Shown here piece after piece: positions 39,397 through 52,716 of a DNA stretch of 55,121 nt (position 1 is its first letter; each line of letters opens with the position of its first letter). A program made the translations under genes and the position numbers. This stretch comes from Propionibacteriales bacterium (GTDB taxonomy: Bacteria; Actinomycetota; Actinomycetes; Propionibacteriales; Propionibacteriaceae), in NCBI GenBank assembly GCA_021286985.1, contig JAJTBJ010000001.1, positions 1 through 55,121 of the forward strand, read 5' to 3'. The notes beneath the pieces were generated by a model. The model ran no database searches, had not been told where the DNA came from, and worked only from the letters and a program-made list of their open reading frames with translations.

Positions 39397-40175
39397 TGAC
39401 GGTTCTGGACGAGATCATCGCCGGAGTGGTGGAGGATCTCGCTGATCGGCGTGCCGCCCATTCCTTCGATGAAGTGGCCGCGGCCGCCGAGGCGGTGGCG
39501 CCGCCGCTGCCGGTGCTGCCGTCGCTGCGCGCCGACGGCCTGTCGGTGATCGCCGAAGTGAAGCGTTCCAGCCCCAGCAAAGGCGCACTGGCGACGATCG
39601 AGGATCCGGCCGCCTTGGCCCGCGCCTATGAGGCCGGGGGAGCAGCGGCGATCTCGGTGCTGACCGAGCAGCGTCGATTCGGCGGCAGCCTGGACGACCT
39701 GCGGGCGGTACGCGCGGCCACTTCGACGCCGTTGCTGCGCAAGGACTTCATCGTCGACTCCTACCAACTCCTGGAAGCGCGCGCGGCCGGCGCCGACCTG
39801 GTGTTGCTGATCGTTGCCGCCCTCGATGACGCCGAGTTGGCTCGGCTGCTGGCCGAAACCGGTGCACTGGGCATGACGGCGCTGGTAGAGACCCACACCG
39901 TCGCCGAGGTGCAGCGTGCACTGGCTGTGGGCGCAGAACTCATCGGGGTGAACAACCGGGATCTGAAGACCCTCGAGGTCGACCTGAGTCACTTCGAGCA
40001 GATGGTGAGCGCGATTGGTGACGAGGCGGTCAAGGTGGCCGAGTCCGGCATCCTGTCGGCTCAGGATGCGGCCCGGATGCGGAACGCCGGCGCGGACGTG
40101 ATCCTGGTCGGCGAACTGCTGGTGCGGCATGGTGATCCCCGCGCTGCGGTGGCCGCCCTCCGGTCGTTGGCGTGA
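39396..40175 (+). CDS. trpC: indole-3-glycerol-phosphate synthase
   Basis: [43 protein letters not shown]. Confidence 0.96.
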   Translation: MTVLDEIIAGVVEDLADRRAAHSFDEVAAAAEAVAPPLPVLPSLRADGLSVIAEVKRSSPSKGALATIEDPAALARAYEAGGAAAISVLTEQRRFGGSLDDLRAVRAATSTPLLRKDFIVDSYQLLEARAAGADLVLLIVAALDDAELARLLAETGALGMTALVETHTVAEVQRALAVGAELIGVNNRDLKTLEVDLSHFEQMVSAIGDEAVKVAESGILSAQDAARMRNAGADVILVGELLVRHGDPRAAVAALRSLA

Positions 40176-40194
40176 CCAACCCGTGCGAGTGTGA

Positions 40195-41451
40195 GTGAAT
40201 AGGCGGGTGAATCTGCCCTCTTTGCCGGACCCGTCCGGCCACTTTGACATCTTCGGCGGGCGCTATGTGCCCGAGGCGCTGGTCGCCGCGCTCGATCAAC
40301 TGGACGCCGAGTTCGCGGCGGCGAGCGTGGACGAGTCGTTCTGGGCAGAGCTCAATCGGCTGCGCCAGGAGTACTCCGGACGTCCGACCCCGCTGACCGA
40401 GGTGCCCCGGTTCGCCGCTCACTGTGGACGAGCGCGGGTGTTGCTGAAGCGTGAGGACCTCAACCACACCGGCTCGCACAAGATCAACAACGTGCTCGGC
40501 CAGGCGCTGCTCACCAAGCGGATGGGCAAGACCCGGGTGATCGCGGAGACCGGCGCCGGGCAGCACGGGGTGGCCACCGCAACGGCGGCCGCGCTGATGG
40601 GTCTGGAATGCCGGGTCTACATGGGCAAGGTCGACACCGATCGGCAGGCGCTGAACGTGGCCCGGATGCAACTGCTGGGCGCCGAGGTGGTGGCAGTGGA
40701 GTCCGGCAGCCAGACGCTGAAGGACGCCATGAACGAGGCCATGCGTGACTGGGTGGCCAGTGTCGACGACACCCACTACCTGATCGGCACTGTGGCCGGG
40801 CCGCATCCCTTCCCGAAGATCGTCCGGGAGTTTCAGCGGGTGATCAGCACCGAGATCGGCGAGCAGATGACCCAGCGCTTCGGACGCCTGCCCGACGCCG
40901 TGTGCGCCTGCGTGGGCGGCGGCTCCAACGCCTTGGGTACCTTCGCTGACTTCATCGACGTCCCCGAGGTTGCGCTGTACGGCTTCGAGGCCGGCGGCGA
41001 TGGCGTCGAGACCGGACGCCATGCCGCCTCCATCCAGGGAGGCTCGGTGGGCGTATTGCACGGCATGCGCACCTATGTGCTGCAGGACGACGACGGCCAG
41101 ACGATGGAATCCCATTCGATCTCCGCCGGCCTGGACTATCCCGGGGTGGGCCCGGAGCACGCGTGGCTGGCCGCGACCGGCAGAGCCGACTACGAGGCGG
41201 TCACCGACGCCGAGGCGATGGCGGCCTTCCAGTTGCTGTGCCGCACCGAGGGGATCATGCCGGCGATCGAGTCGGCGCACGCCCTGGCCGGGGTGATCCG
41301 GTTGGGGCAGCGCCTGGCTGTCGAGCAGCCTGAAGCCACCCCGTTGATCGTGGCCTGCCTGTCCGGTCGCGGCGACAAGGACGTGGCCACCGCGATCAGC
41401 TACTTCGGGCTGCCCGGACATCCCGATCACTACACCGGAGGCGTGGCATGA
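40195..41451 (+). CDS. trpB: tryptophan synthase beta chain
   Basis: [53 protein letters not shown]; start may be 40195 or 40207. Confidence 0.97.
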   Translation: MNRRVNLPSLPDPSGHFDIFGGRYVPEALVAALDQLDAEFAAASVDESFWAELNRLRQEYSGRPTPLTEVPRFAAHCGRARVLLKREDLNHTGSHKINNVLGQALLTKRMGKTRVIAETGAGQHGVATATAAALMGLECRVYMGKVDTDRQALNVARMQLLGAEVVAVESGSQTLKDAMNEAMRDWVASVDDTHYLIGTVAGPHPFPKIVREFQRVISTEIGEQMTQRFGRLPDAVCACVGGGSNALGTFADFIDVPEVALYGFEAGGDGVETGRHAASIQGGSVGVLHGMRTYVLQDDDGQTMESHSISAGLDYPGVGPEHAWLAATGRADYEAVTDAEAMAAFQLLCRTEGIMPAIESAHALAGVIRLGQRLAVEQPEATPLIVACLSGRGDKDVATAISYFGLPGHPDHYTGGVA

Positions 41452-42272
41452 GCGTGACCAGTTCTGGGGCGGCGATCACCGCAGCCCGGGCGTCGGGACG
41501 GGCCGCACTGATCGGCTACCTGCCGGTCGGCTTCCCCAGCGTCGCCGGCTCGCTGGCGGCCCTGGCCACCCTGTGCGGTGCCGACGGCTCCAGCGACGGC
41601 GTGGATCTGGTCGAGATCGGCCTGCCGTACTCCGATCCGGTGATGGACGGGCCGGTGATCCAGCGGGCCGGCACCCGTGCACTGGCCAGGGGCGTGCGCA
41701 CCGCCGACGTGTTCGCTGCAGTCGAGGCCGTCCGTGCGGCCGGCAAGCCGGCGGTGGTGATGACCTACTGGAATCTGGTCGACCGCTATGGGGTCGAGGC
41801 TTTCGCGCGCGACCTGGCCAACGCCGGCGGCGCCGGCCTGATCACCCCTGACCTGATTCCTGACGAGGCTGATGACTGGATGGCCGCCAGCGATACCTAC
41901 GGCCTGGATCGGATCTTCCTGGTGTCGCCGTCTTCGACCGACGACCGCATCACCATGACCGCCCAGGCGGCGCGTGGCTGGTTGTACGCCACCGCAGTGA
42001 TGGGAGTCACCGGCACCCGGGCGTCGTCGTCCGATCTGGCACCGCGATTGGTCGAGCGCATCCGTACCACGGCGCCGGGGATGCCGATCGGGGTCGGGCT
42101 GGGCGTGTCCAATGGTGACCAGGCCGCCGAGATCGGCAGCTTTGCCGATGCGGTGATCGTCGGGTCAGCGCTGATCAAACCGCTGCTGGCTGCCGACGAC
42201 GCCGGCACGCCCGATGACTTGTCCGGACTGCGTACGGTAGTGGCCGAGCTTGCCGAAGGAGTCCGCCGATGA
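41448..42272 (+). CDS. trpA: tryptophan synthase alpha chain
   Basis: [32 protein letters not shown]. Confidence 0.96.
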   Translation: MSVTSSGAAITAARASGRAALIGYLPVGFPSVAGSLAALATLCGADGSSDGVDLVEIGLPYSDPVMDGPVIQRAGTRALARGVRTADVFAAVEAVRAAGKPAVVMTYWNLVDRYGVEAFARDLANAGGAGLITPDLIPDEADDWMAASDTYGLDRIFLVSPSSTDDRITMTAQAARGWLYATAVMGVTGTRASSSDLAPRLVERIRTTAPGMPIGVGLGVSNGDQAAEIGSFADAVIVGSALIKPLLAADDAGTPDDLSGLRTVVAELAEGVRR

Positions 42273-43243
42273 TCGCCCTGTTCATTCCTAGCCCGTCGAT
42301 CAGCAGCTTCAGCATCGGTCCGCTGACCATCCATATCTACGCACTGTGCCTGATCACCGGCATCATTGCGGCCTGGATCATCGGGGTGAAGCGCTGGCAG
42401 GCCCGCGGTGGCACCACTGAGAGCTTCGAGACCATCTTGCTGTGGGCGATTCCGATCGGCATCCTCGGGGCGCGGTTCTACCACGTGATGACCCACCTGG
42501 GCGACTACTTCGGGCCTGGAGCCGACCAGCACTGGTGGGCGATCTGGGAGGGCGGCATCGCCATCTACGGGGCCATCGGCTTCGGCGCCTTGGCCGCCTT
42601 CATCACCGCACGGCGTCACGGCGTGGCCTTCGCCGCGTTGGCCGACTCGTTGGCCCCCGGTATTGCGGTGGGTCAGGCGCTGGGACGTTTCGGCAACTGG
42701 TTCAACCAGGAGCTGTACGGCCTGCCGACCGATCTGCCGTGGGGGCTGGAGATCGATCCGGCGCACCGGGTGCCGGGTTACGAGCAGTACGCCACCTTCC
42801 ATCCCACCTTCGCCTACGAGTCGCTGTGGAACCTGTTGGTGGCCGGCGTTCTGGTGTGGGCCGACCGTCGGTTCACCCTGGGCCGCGGCAAGGTGTTCGC
42901 GCTCTACATCGCCCTCTACGGCTTCGGTCGTACGTTTACCGAGTCGCTGCGCACCGACTACTCCTACGACGTGTTCGGGCCGATCCGGTTCAACGCTGCG
43001 GTGGCGATGCTGATCTGTCTGGCCGGGGTGATTCTGCTGCTGTGGCTGGTCCGGTTCCGTCCCGGACGCGAGAGCAGCGTGGATCCGGCGAAATTGGTCG
43101 CTGAGGCTACGAATTCCGTTGTTGAGGCGCCCGCCGGTGGCGCTTCGGAGGCCACCGAGGCGTCCTCGGAGCCTGAAGACGACGTCGCCGTAGATCAGGA
43201 CGATCCGGGGCCGAAGTCCGGCAGCACCACCGCTGAACCCTGA
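42269..43243 (+). CDS. lgt: prolipoprotein diacylglyceryl transferase
   Basis: GILGARFYHV, IWEGGIAIYG, GRFGNWFNQELYG, HPTFAYE. Confidence 0.96.
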   Translation: MIALFIPSPSISSFSIGPLTIHIYALCLITGIIAAWIIGVKRWQARGGTTESFETILLWAIPIGILGARFYHVMTHLGDYFGPGADQHWWAIWEGGIAIYGAIGFGALAAFITARRHGVAFAALADSLAPGIAVGQALGRFGNWFNQELYGLPTDLPWGLEIDPAHRVPGYEQYATFHPTFAYESLWNLLVAGVLVWADRRFTLGRGKVFALYIALYGFGRTFTESLRTDYSYDVFGPIRFNAAVAMLICLAGVILLLWLVRFRPGRESSVDPAKLVAEATNSVVEAPAGGASEATEASSEPEDDVAVDQDDPGPKSGSTTAEP

Positions 43244-43445
43244 TTGACAAGGGGTAAGGGGCATTTCTGCTGTCCCGCAAAAGTGGACACGCCCACGGGG
43301 AGGCCCGCGGAGGGTCCATCATGCAAGCGGGCGTCCGAGAAGCGGGGGCGGGTTCGGGTAGGCTCGCCCGGCGAGTGTGCAGCGTCGGCTCGGGGGCCGA
43401 TCGATTTGGCACCCCCGGCGCCTGAAGCGCAGATGGGAGATATCT

Positions 43446-47970
<4,525 letters not shown>

Positions 47971-47978
<8 letters not shown>

Positions 47979-49440
47979 TCCCAGAGGATTCATCACCACC
48001 GGCCGCCAGGTCGCCGACCGCCGTCCCGTCGAGGACCGCTTGCAGGACTGGCAGGAGGTGTATCGCGGGGCCCCGGGTATCGCGCTGCTACCGATCATCG
48101 CCAAGCAGGCCGGACGCTGCATGGACTGCGGCATTCCGTTCTGCCACTCCGGTTGCCCGCTGGGCAACCTGATCCCGGAGTGGAACGACATGATCTGGCG
48201 CGACGACTGGGTCGGTGCCACCGATCGGCTGCACGCCACCAACAACTTCCCCGAGTTCACCGGACGGCTGTGCCCGGCCCCCTGCGAAACCGCTTGTGTG
48301 GTGGGTATTCACCGGGATCCGGTGACCATCAAGAACATCGAGGTCTCGATCATCGACCGGGCCTGGGAGGACCGCCGGGTGCGGGCGCAACCGGCCGCGT
48401 GGCACACCGGCAAGACGGTCGCGGTGATCGGCTCGGGCCCGGCCGGACTGGCCGCGTCCCAGCAGTTGACCCGCGCCGGATACACCGTGGTGGTCTACGA
48501 GCGCGCCGACGCTCCGGGTGGGCTGCTGCGCTACGGCATCCCGGAGTTCAAGATGCAGAAGTCGGTGTTGGAGCGTCGGCTGAAGCAGATGCGGCTGGAA
48601 GGCACCGCTTTCAAGACCAGCGTCAACGTGGGTGTCGACATCACCGGCGAACAGCTGCTCGACCGCTTCGATGCCGTGGTGCTGGCGGTGGGTTCGACGA
48701 TCCCGCGTGACCTGCCGGTGCCCGGACGCGAACTGCGCGGCATTCATCAGGCGATGGAGTTTCTGCCGCAGGCCAACCGCACCGCGGTCGGCCAGGAGGT
48801 CGCCGACCAGATCCTGGCGACCGACAAGGACGTGGTGATCATCGGTGGTGGCGACACTGGCGCCGATTGCCTGGGCACTTCACTGCGGCAGGGTGCACGC
48901 TCGGTGACCCAGCTGGAGATCATGCCGATGCCGCCGCAGAGCCGCCCGACGAACCAGCCGTGGCCGACCTACCCGATGACCTACAAGGTCACCTCTGCCC
49001 ACGAAGAGGGCGGCGAGCGGGTCTACTCGGTCTCGACTGCTGAGTTCATCGGCGACGCCGACGGCAACGTCAGCGGCCTGGTGGTCAACGATGTGGAGTT
49101 CGTCAACGGCAAGCTGGAAGTCATCCCCGGTACCACTCGGACGATCGAGGCGCAGCTAGTGCTGTTGGCGATGGGCTTCGTCGGTCCCGAGCGTGGCGGC
49201 GTGATCGAGCAACTGGGCGTCGAGTTGGACGCCCGCGGCAACATCGCCCGCGACGAGAACTTCGCCACCAATGTTGATCGGGTGTTCGCGTGTGGCGATG
49301 CCGGACGTGGCCAGTCGCTGATCGTGTGGGCGATCGCTGAGGGTCGCTCGGCGGCCAACGGGGTCGACACCTTGCTGTCGGGTCGGGAGTCGCGGCTGCC
49401 GAAGCCGATCGCGCCGACGGATCGTCCGCTTACTGCCTGA
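47971..49440 (+). CDS. gltD: glutamate synthase small subunit
   Basis: [49 protein letters not shown]. Confidence 0.97.
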
Positions 49441-49452
49441 CCGCGTGTCGTC

Positions 49453-49476
49453 GTGGCGGCACTTCGGTGTCGTCGC
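49453..49476 (+). terminator. stem-loop with C(UUCG)G tetraloop after gltD
   Basis: GTGGCGGCAC-TTCG-GTGTCGTCGC; 10 bp including G.U pairs that form only on the + strand. Confidence 0.65.
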
Positions 49477-49517
49477 CGCGCCCTAAGCTGGCCCGAGTTC
49501 CGGCAAGGGGAGGACCG

Positions 49518-51050
49518 ATGGGTGAGCGATGGGGTCGCGTGTGGGCCACCGTCCGCGCTCCTGGCTGGGATCGGGTGCTGGTGCCGGTCTTCTTCACCGC
49601 GTTCGCGTTGGCGCGCGCGGGGCGATTCGAGGAGCGTGACCCGTACTGGCAGGCTCGCGCCGGCATGGAGAACCTGGCCGGTTGGCCGCTGGCCCGTCCA
49701 GACACCTGGACCTGGTCGGGGGTGGAAGGCCTGTGGTACCAGAACTCTCCGGGCTGGAACACCGTCGTCGGGTGGAGCTACCAGGTCGGCGGCTACTGGG
49801 GCTTCTATCTGATCGCCGTCGCGACGCTGCTGGCCTACTTCTTTGTCGCCTACGCGCTCGCCCGTCGACTCGGGGCGCGTGGCCTGCCGGCCTTGGTGGG
49901 CATCATGGCCGCTGCGGCACCGGCGATCTCCATGCTCAGTCCGCGGGCCACTCTGCTGGTGCAGATCTTCATCCTGGTGTCGTTCCTGGTCGCCTTGGCG
50001 CTATTTGATGGCTGGGGGCGTCACCTTGCGCTGCCGCTTGCCGCAGTGGTCACCGGCGTCGCTGCGGCGGCATTGTCCGCTGCGGGCAATGCCGTGCATC
50101 TGTCGTTCATCGCCTTCTCCGTCCTGCTGGCTGGTGCGTGGGTGCTGTTGTGGTGGGTCAGCGCGATGCCGGTGGCGCGCAAGCTGGTGTTGAGCCTGGC
50201 GAGTCTTCTCGGGTGGGGTGCGGGACTGCTGGCCACGCCCTACGGTCTGGCGATGGGTCTGGAACGCACCCGGGTGGTGCAGCAGGTCTGTGACGGCTTG
50301 ATCCTGGAGTGGACCACGCCGTTCCAAGCAGACATCTCCCCGGTGTTCTGGCTGATGGTGGCTGCGGCCACCGTGTACGCCGCGGTGGCGGTGGTGGTGT
50401 TCGTCCGCGGCGGGCTTCGGCTGCCGTGGGAGTCGGCGCGCGCCGGGTACGCCCTCGTGTTGGCGATCAGCGTGCCGACCGCGGCTGCCGGTTGGTTTGC
50501 GATCCGGTTCCTGGGCGTGTCGCTGCTCAGCATCGCCCCGGTGCTCGCTGTGGTGGTCACCCTCGGCGTCGATCGGCTACGCCAGTGGTACCACGGACGC
50601 CCGCCCGGACGGTGGTGGGAATACCGCACCGGGGGGTTCTGGCGAGTGGCCTTGTCGGCCACCTTGGTGCTGCTCTCTCCGGCGGTGGGCTACCTGGTGT
50701 CGCTGCACGCGGTCCCCGACGAGCAGCACATGATCGACAAGCTGCCCACCGGATGCCGGCTCCTGAGCAGCGGAGGGTTGTCGGCAGCGGTGGTGCTGAC
50801 CAGGCCGGATGTGCCGGTATGGATCGACGGACGAGCGGACTTCTTCGGGCGTGCCCAGCTGCTTCGCGCGTATTCGGTCTTCGGGCTGACCGCCCCCACG
50901 TTGCTCCCGCCCGGCACCGAATGCGTGTTCTTGGATGTGACCTCGAAGGACTCCATCCAGCTGGCGGCAGCGATCGATGCCTCCGGCCAATGGCGGGTGC
51001 TGGCCGGTGACGCTCGCTACCGCATCTGGGTTCCGGCTACTGCCGGTTAG
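49518..51050 (+). CDS. polytopic membrane protein, putative GT-C-fold glycosyltransferase
   Basis: About 11-12 hydrophobic segments; acidic ERDPYWQARAG in the first external loop; EW motif; C-terminal VWIDGRADFF. ATG at 49518 follows GGAGG. Confidence 0.6.
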   Translation: MGERWGRVWATVRAPGWDRVLVPVFFTAFALARAGRFEERDPYWQARAGMENLAGWPLARPDTWTWSGVEGLWYQNSPGWNTVVGWSYQVGGYWGFYLIAVATLLAYFFVAYALARRLGARGLPALVGIMAAAAPAISMLSPRATLLVQIFILVSFLVALALFDGWGRHLALPLAAVVTGVAAAALSAAGNAVHLSFIAFSVLLAGAWVLLWWVSAMPVARKLVLSLASLLGWGAGLLATPYGLAMGLERTRVVQQVCDGLILEWTTPFQADISPVFWLMVAAATVYAAVAVVVFVRGGLRLPWESARAGYALVLAISVPTAAAGWFAIRFLGVSLLSIAPVLAVVVTLGVDRLRQWYHGRPPGRWWEYRTGGFWRVALSATLVLLSPAVGYLVSLHAVPDEQHMIDKLPTGCRLLSSGGLSAAVVLTRPDVPVWIDGRADFFGRAQLLRAYSVFGLTAPTLLPPGTECVFLDVTSKDSIQLAAAIDASGQWRVLAGDARYRIWVPATAG

Positions 51051-51973
51051 TCTTCGCTGCGCAGCCGTTCGAGGGTGGACTTCCCGAAGAGGGATTCCAC
51101 CAGGTCGACGGTGAGTTCGGCGGTGGTGTTGTGCTCGTCCAGGGCGGGGTTGACCTCGACCAGATCGATCGAGCCCAGTCGTCCGGTGTCGGCCACCATC
51201 TCCATACACAGTTGGGCTTCGCGGTAGGTGGCGCCGCCTCGCACTGGAGTGCCGACGCCGGGAGCGACCTCGGGGTCGACGAAGTCCAGGTCGATGCTCA
51301 GGTGGAGATGGGTGTCGGCATCCACCCCGGCGAGGGCTCGGACCATGGTGCGGCGCATCCCGATCTCGTCGATGAAACGCATGTCGAAGACCTCCACGCC
51401 CTCGGCGCGCAAGAACGACTTCTCACCGGCGTCGACACTGCGCAGCCCGACCTGGCGGATCTGGTCGGGGGTGATCGCCGGACGCTCGCCGGCCAGCTGG
51501 GTCAACTCGGCGGGTCCGTGGCCGGCCAGACAGGCCACCGGCATTCCGTGAATGTTGCCCGACGGGGTGAGCTCGGCGGTGTTGAAATCGGCGTGGGCGT
51601 CCACCCAGATCACTCGCAGTTTCTTGCCCACTCGGCGGCAATGGGCGGCTACCGCGCTGATCGAACCGATCGCCAGGCTGTGGTCGCCGCCGAGGAGGAT
51701 GGGGAGCCGACCGTCGGCCAACTCGGTAGCGGTGGCCTGGTAGACCGCGCGGTTCCAGGCGATCACCTCGTCGAGGTGGCGGTAGCCGTCGACCGGGGGC
51801 AATTGCGGATTGTCGGGGCCGACGAGGTCGCCGACGTCGCGGACGTCGCATCCGAAGGCGGCCAGTGCCGGCCCGATGCCGGCCACGCGTAATGCCTGCG
51901 GGCCCAAGCGGCAACCCAGTCGCGAGGCGCCGATGTCGGTGGGAGCTCCAATGAGACTTACCTGCTGCAACAC
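51047..51973 (-). CDS. rocF: arginase
   Basis: GGDHS, DAHADFN, SGNIHGMP, SIDLDFVDP..APGVGTP, VEVNP; start placed at GTG 51973 (52015 is the alternative). Confidence 0.93.
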   Translation of the reverse strand: MLQQVSLIGAPTDIGASRLGCRLGPQALRVAGIGPALAAFGCDVRDVGDLVGPDNPQLPPVDGYRHLDEVIAWNRAVYQATATELADGRLPILLGGDHSLAIGSISAVAAHCRRVGKKLRVIWVDAHADFNTAELTPSGNIHGMPVACLAGHGPAELTQLAGERPAITPDQIRQVGLRSVDAGEKSFLRAEGVEVFDMRFIDEIGMRRTMVRALAGVDADTHLHLSIDLDFVDPEVAPGVGTPVRGGATYREAQLCMEMVADTGRLGSIDLVEVNPALDEHNTTAELTVDLVESLFGKSTLERLRSED

Positions 51974-51997
51974 TGCACTGTCCTGTTCCGAAGGATC

Positions 51998-52011
51998 TGT
52001 GGATAATCCAC
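51998..52011. promoter_or_regulatory. DnaA box (TGTGGATAA = TTATCCACA) within the palindrome GTGGAT-A-ATCCAC, overlapping a -10-like GATAAT
   Basis: Exact 9-mer at 51998-52006 in the 40-bp divergent intergenic region. Confidence 0.55.
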
Positions 52012-52013
52012 CC

Positions 52014-52577
52014 ATGACGGTAGCTCACCGTAGCGATCTGACTCCACCACCGCGGCGGGTGGCACTTCTGCGCGGAGTGAATGTGGGTCGCGCCGCCCAG
52101 CTGTCGATGCCGGCCCTGGCACAGGTCGCCCGCGACCTCGGGTGGACGGACGTGGCCACGGTCCTGCGCAGCGGCAACCTGCTCTTCGTGGCCCCGGACA
52201 GCGATCTTGAAGCGGCTGGGCGGCTGAGTGCTGCGGTGGCCGCTCAACTGCGGCTGCCGGTGGCGGTGGTGATCCGCACCGGTGAGCAGCTGCGGGCACT
52301 GCTGGATCACCATCCCTTCACCGCCGGCGATCCGGCACGCACGGTGATCGCCTGCGCCGACCGCGAACTGGATCCCGCGGCAGTGCAGCGGCTGACCGCG
52401 CTGGTTTCGGGCACCGAGCAACTGAAGGTCGTCGGCACCGACGTGTTTGCCGCCTTCCCTGACGGGCAGGCTTCATCGCGGCTCGCCGCGGGCATGGCCA
52501 AGGCGGCTGATCCTGCGGTGTTGACCGCCCGCAATCTGAACACGATGCGCACGTTGGCCGACCTGTTGGCGCCCTGA
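52014..52577 (+). CDS. DUF1697 family protein
   Basis: VALLRGVNVG, V.TVLRSGNLLF, VVIRT, TARNLNT. Confidence 0.88.
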   Translation: MTVAHRSDLTPPPRRVALLRGVNVGRAAQLSMPALAQVARDLGWTDVATVLRSGNLLFVAPDSDLEAAGRLSAAVAAQLRLPVAVVIRTGEQLRALLDHHPFTAGDPARTVIACADRELDPAAVQRLTALVSGTEQLKVVGTDVFAAFPDGQASSRLAAGMAKAADPAVLTARNLNTMRTLADLLAP

Positions 52578-52716
52578 GCGACGAAGTTTGAACCAGCCCC
52601 GTTCAGGGGTGAGTCGAGGGCGCCGATCACCGCCGCGCGGAGTTAAGGTGAAGCTCCGCTGCCTTCCCCCAGCGTCGGGTTTGCCCAACCATTCAGACCG
52701 GAGGTCATAGGACAGC

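Noticed and set aside
43244-43249. Perfect TTGACA after lgt as the gltB -35 element
   Set aside because: No acceptable -10 hexamer 16-19 nt downstream.
52589-52605. TGAAC-N7-GTTCA upstream of dnaE as a LexA box
   Set aside because: The actinobacterial SOS box is TCGAAC-N4-GTTCGA; both spacing and flanks are wrong.
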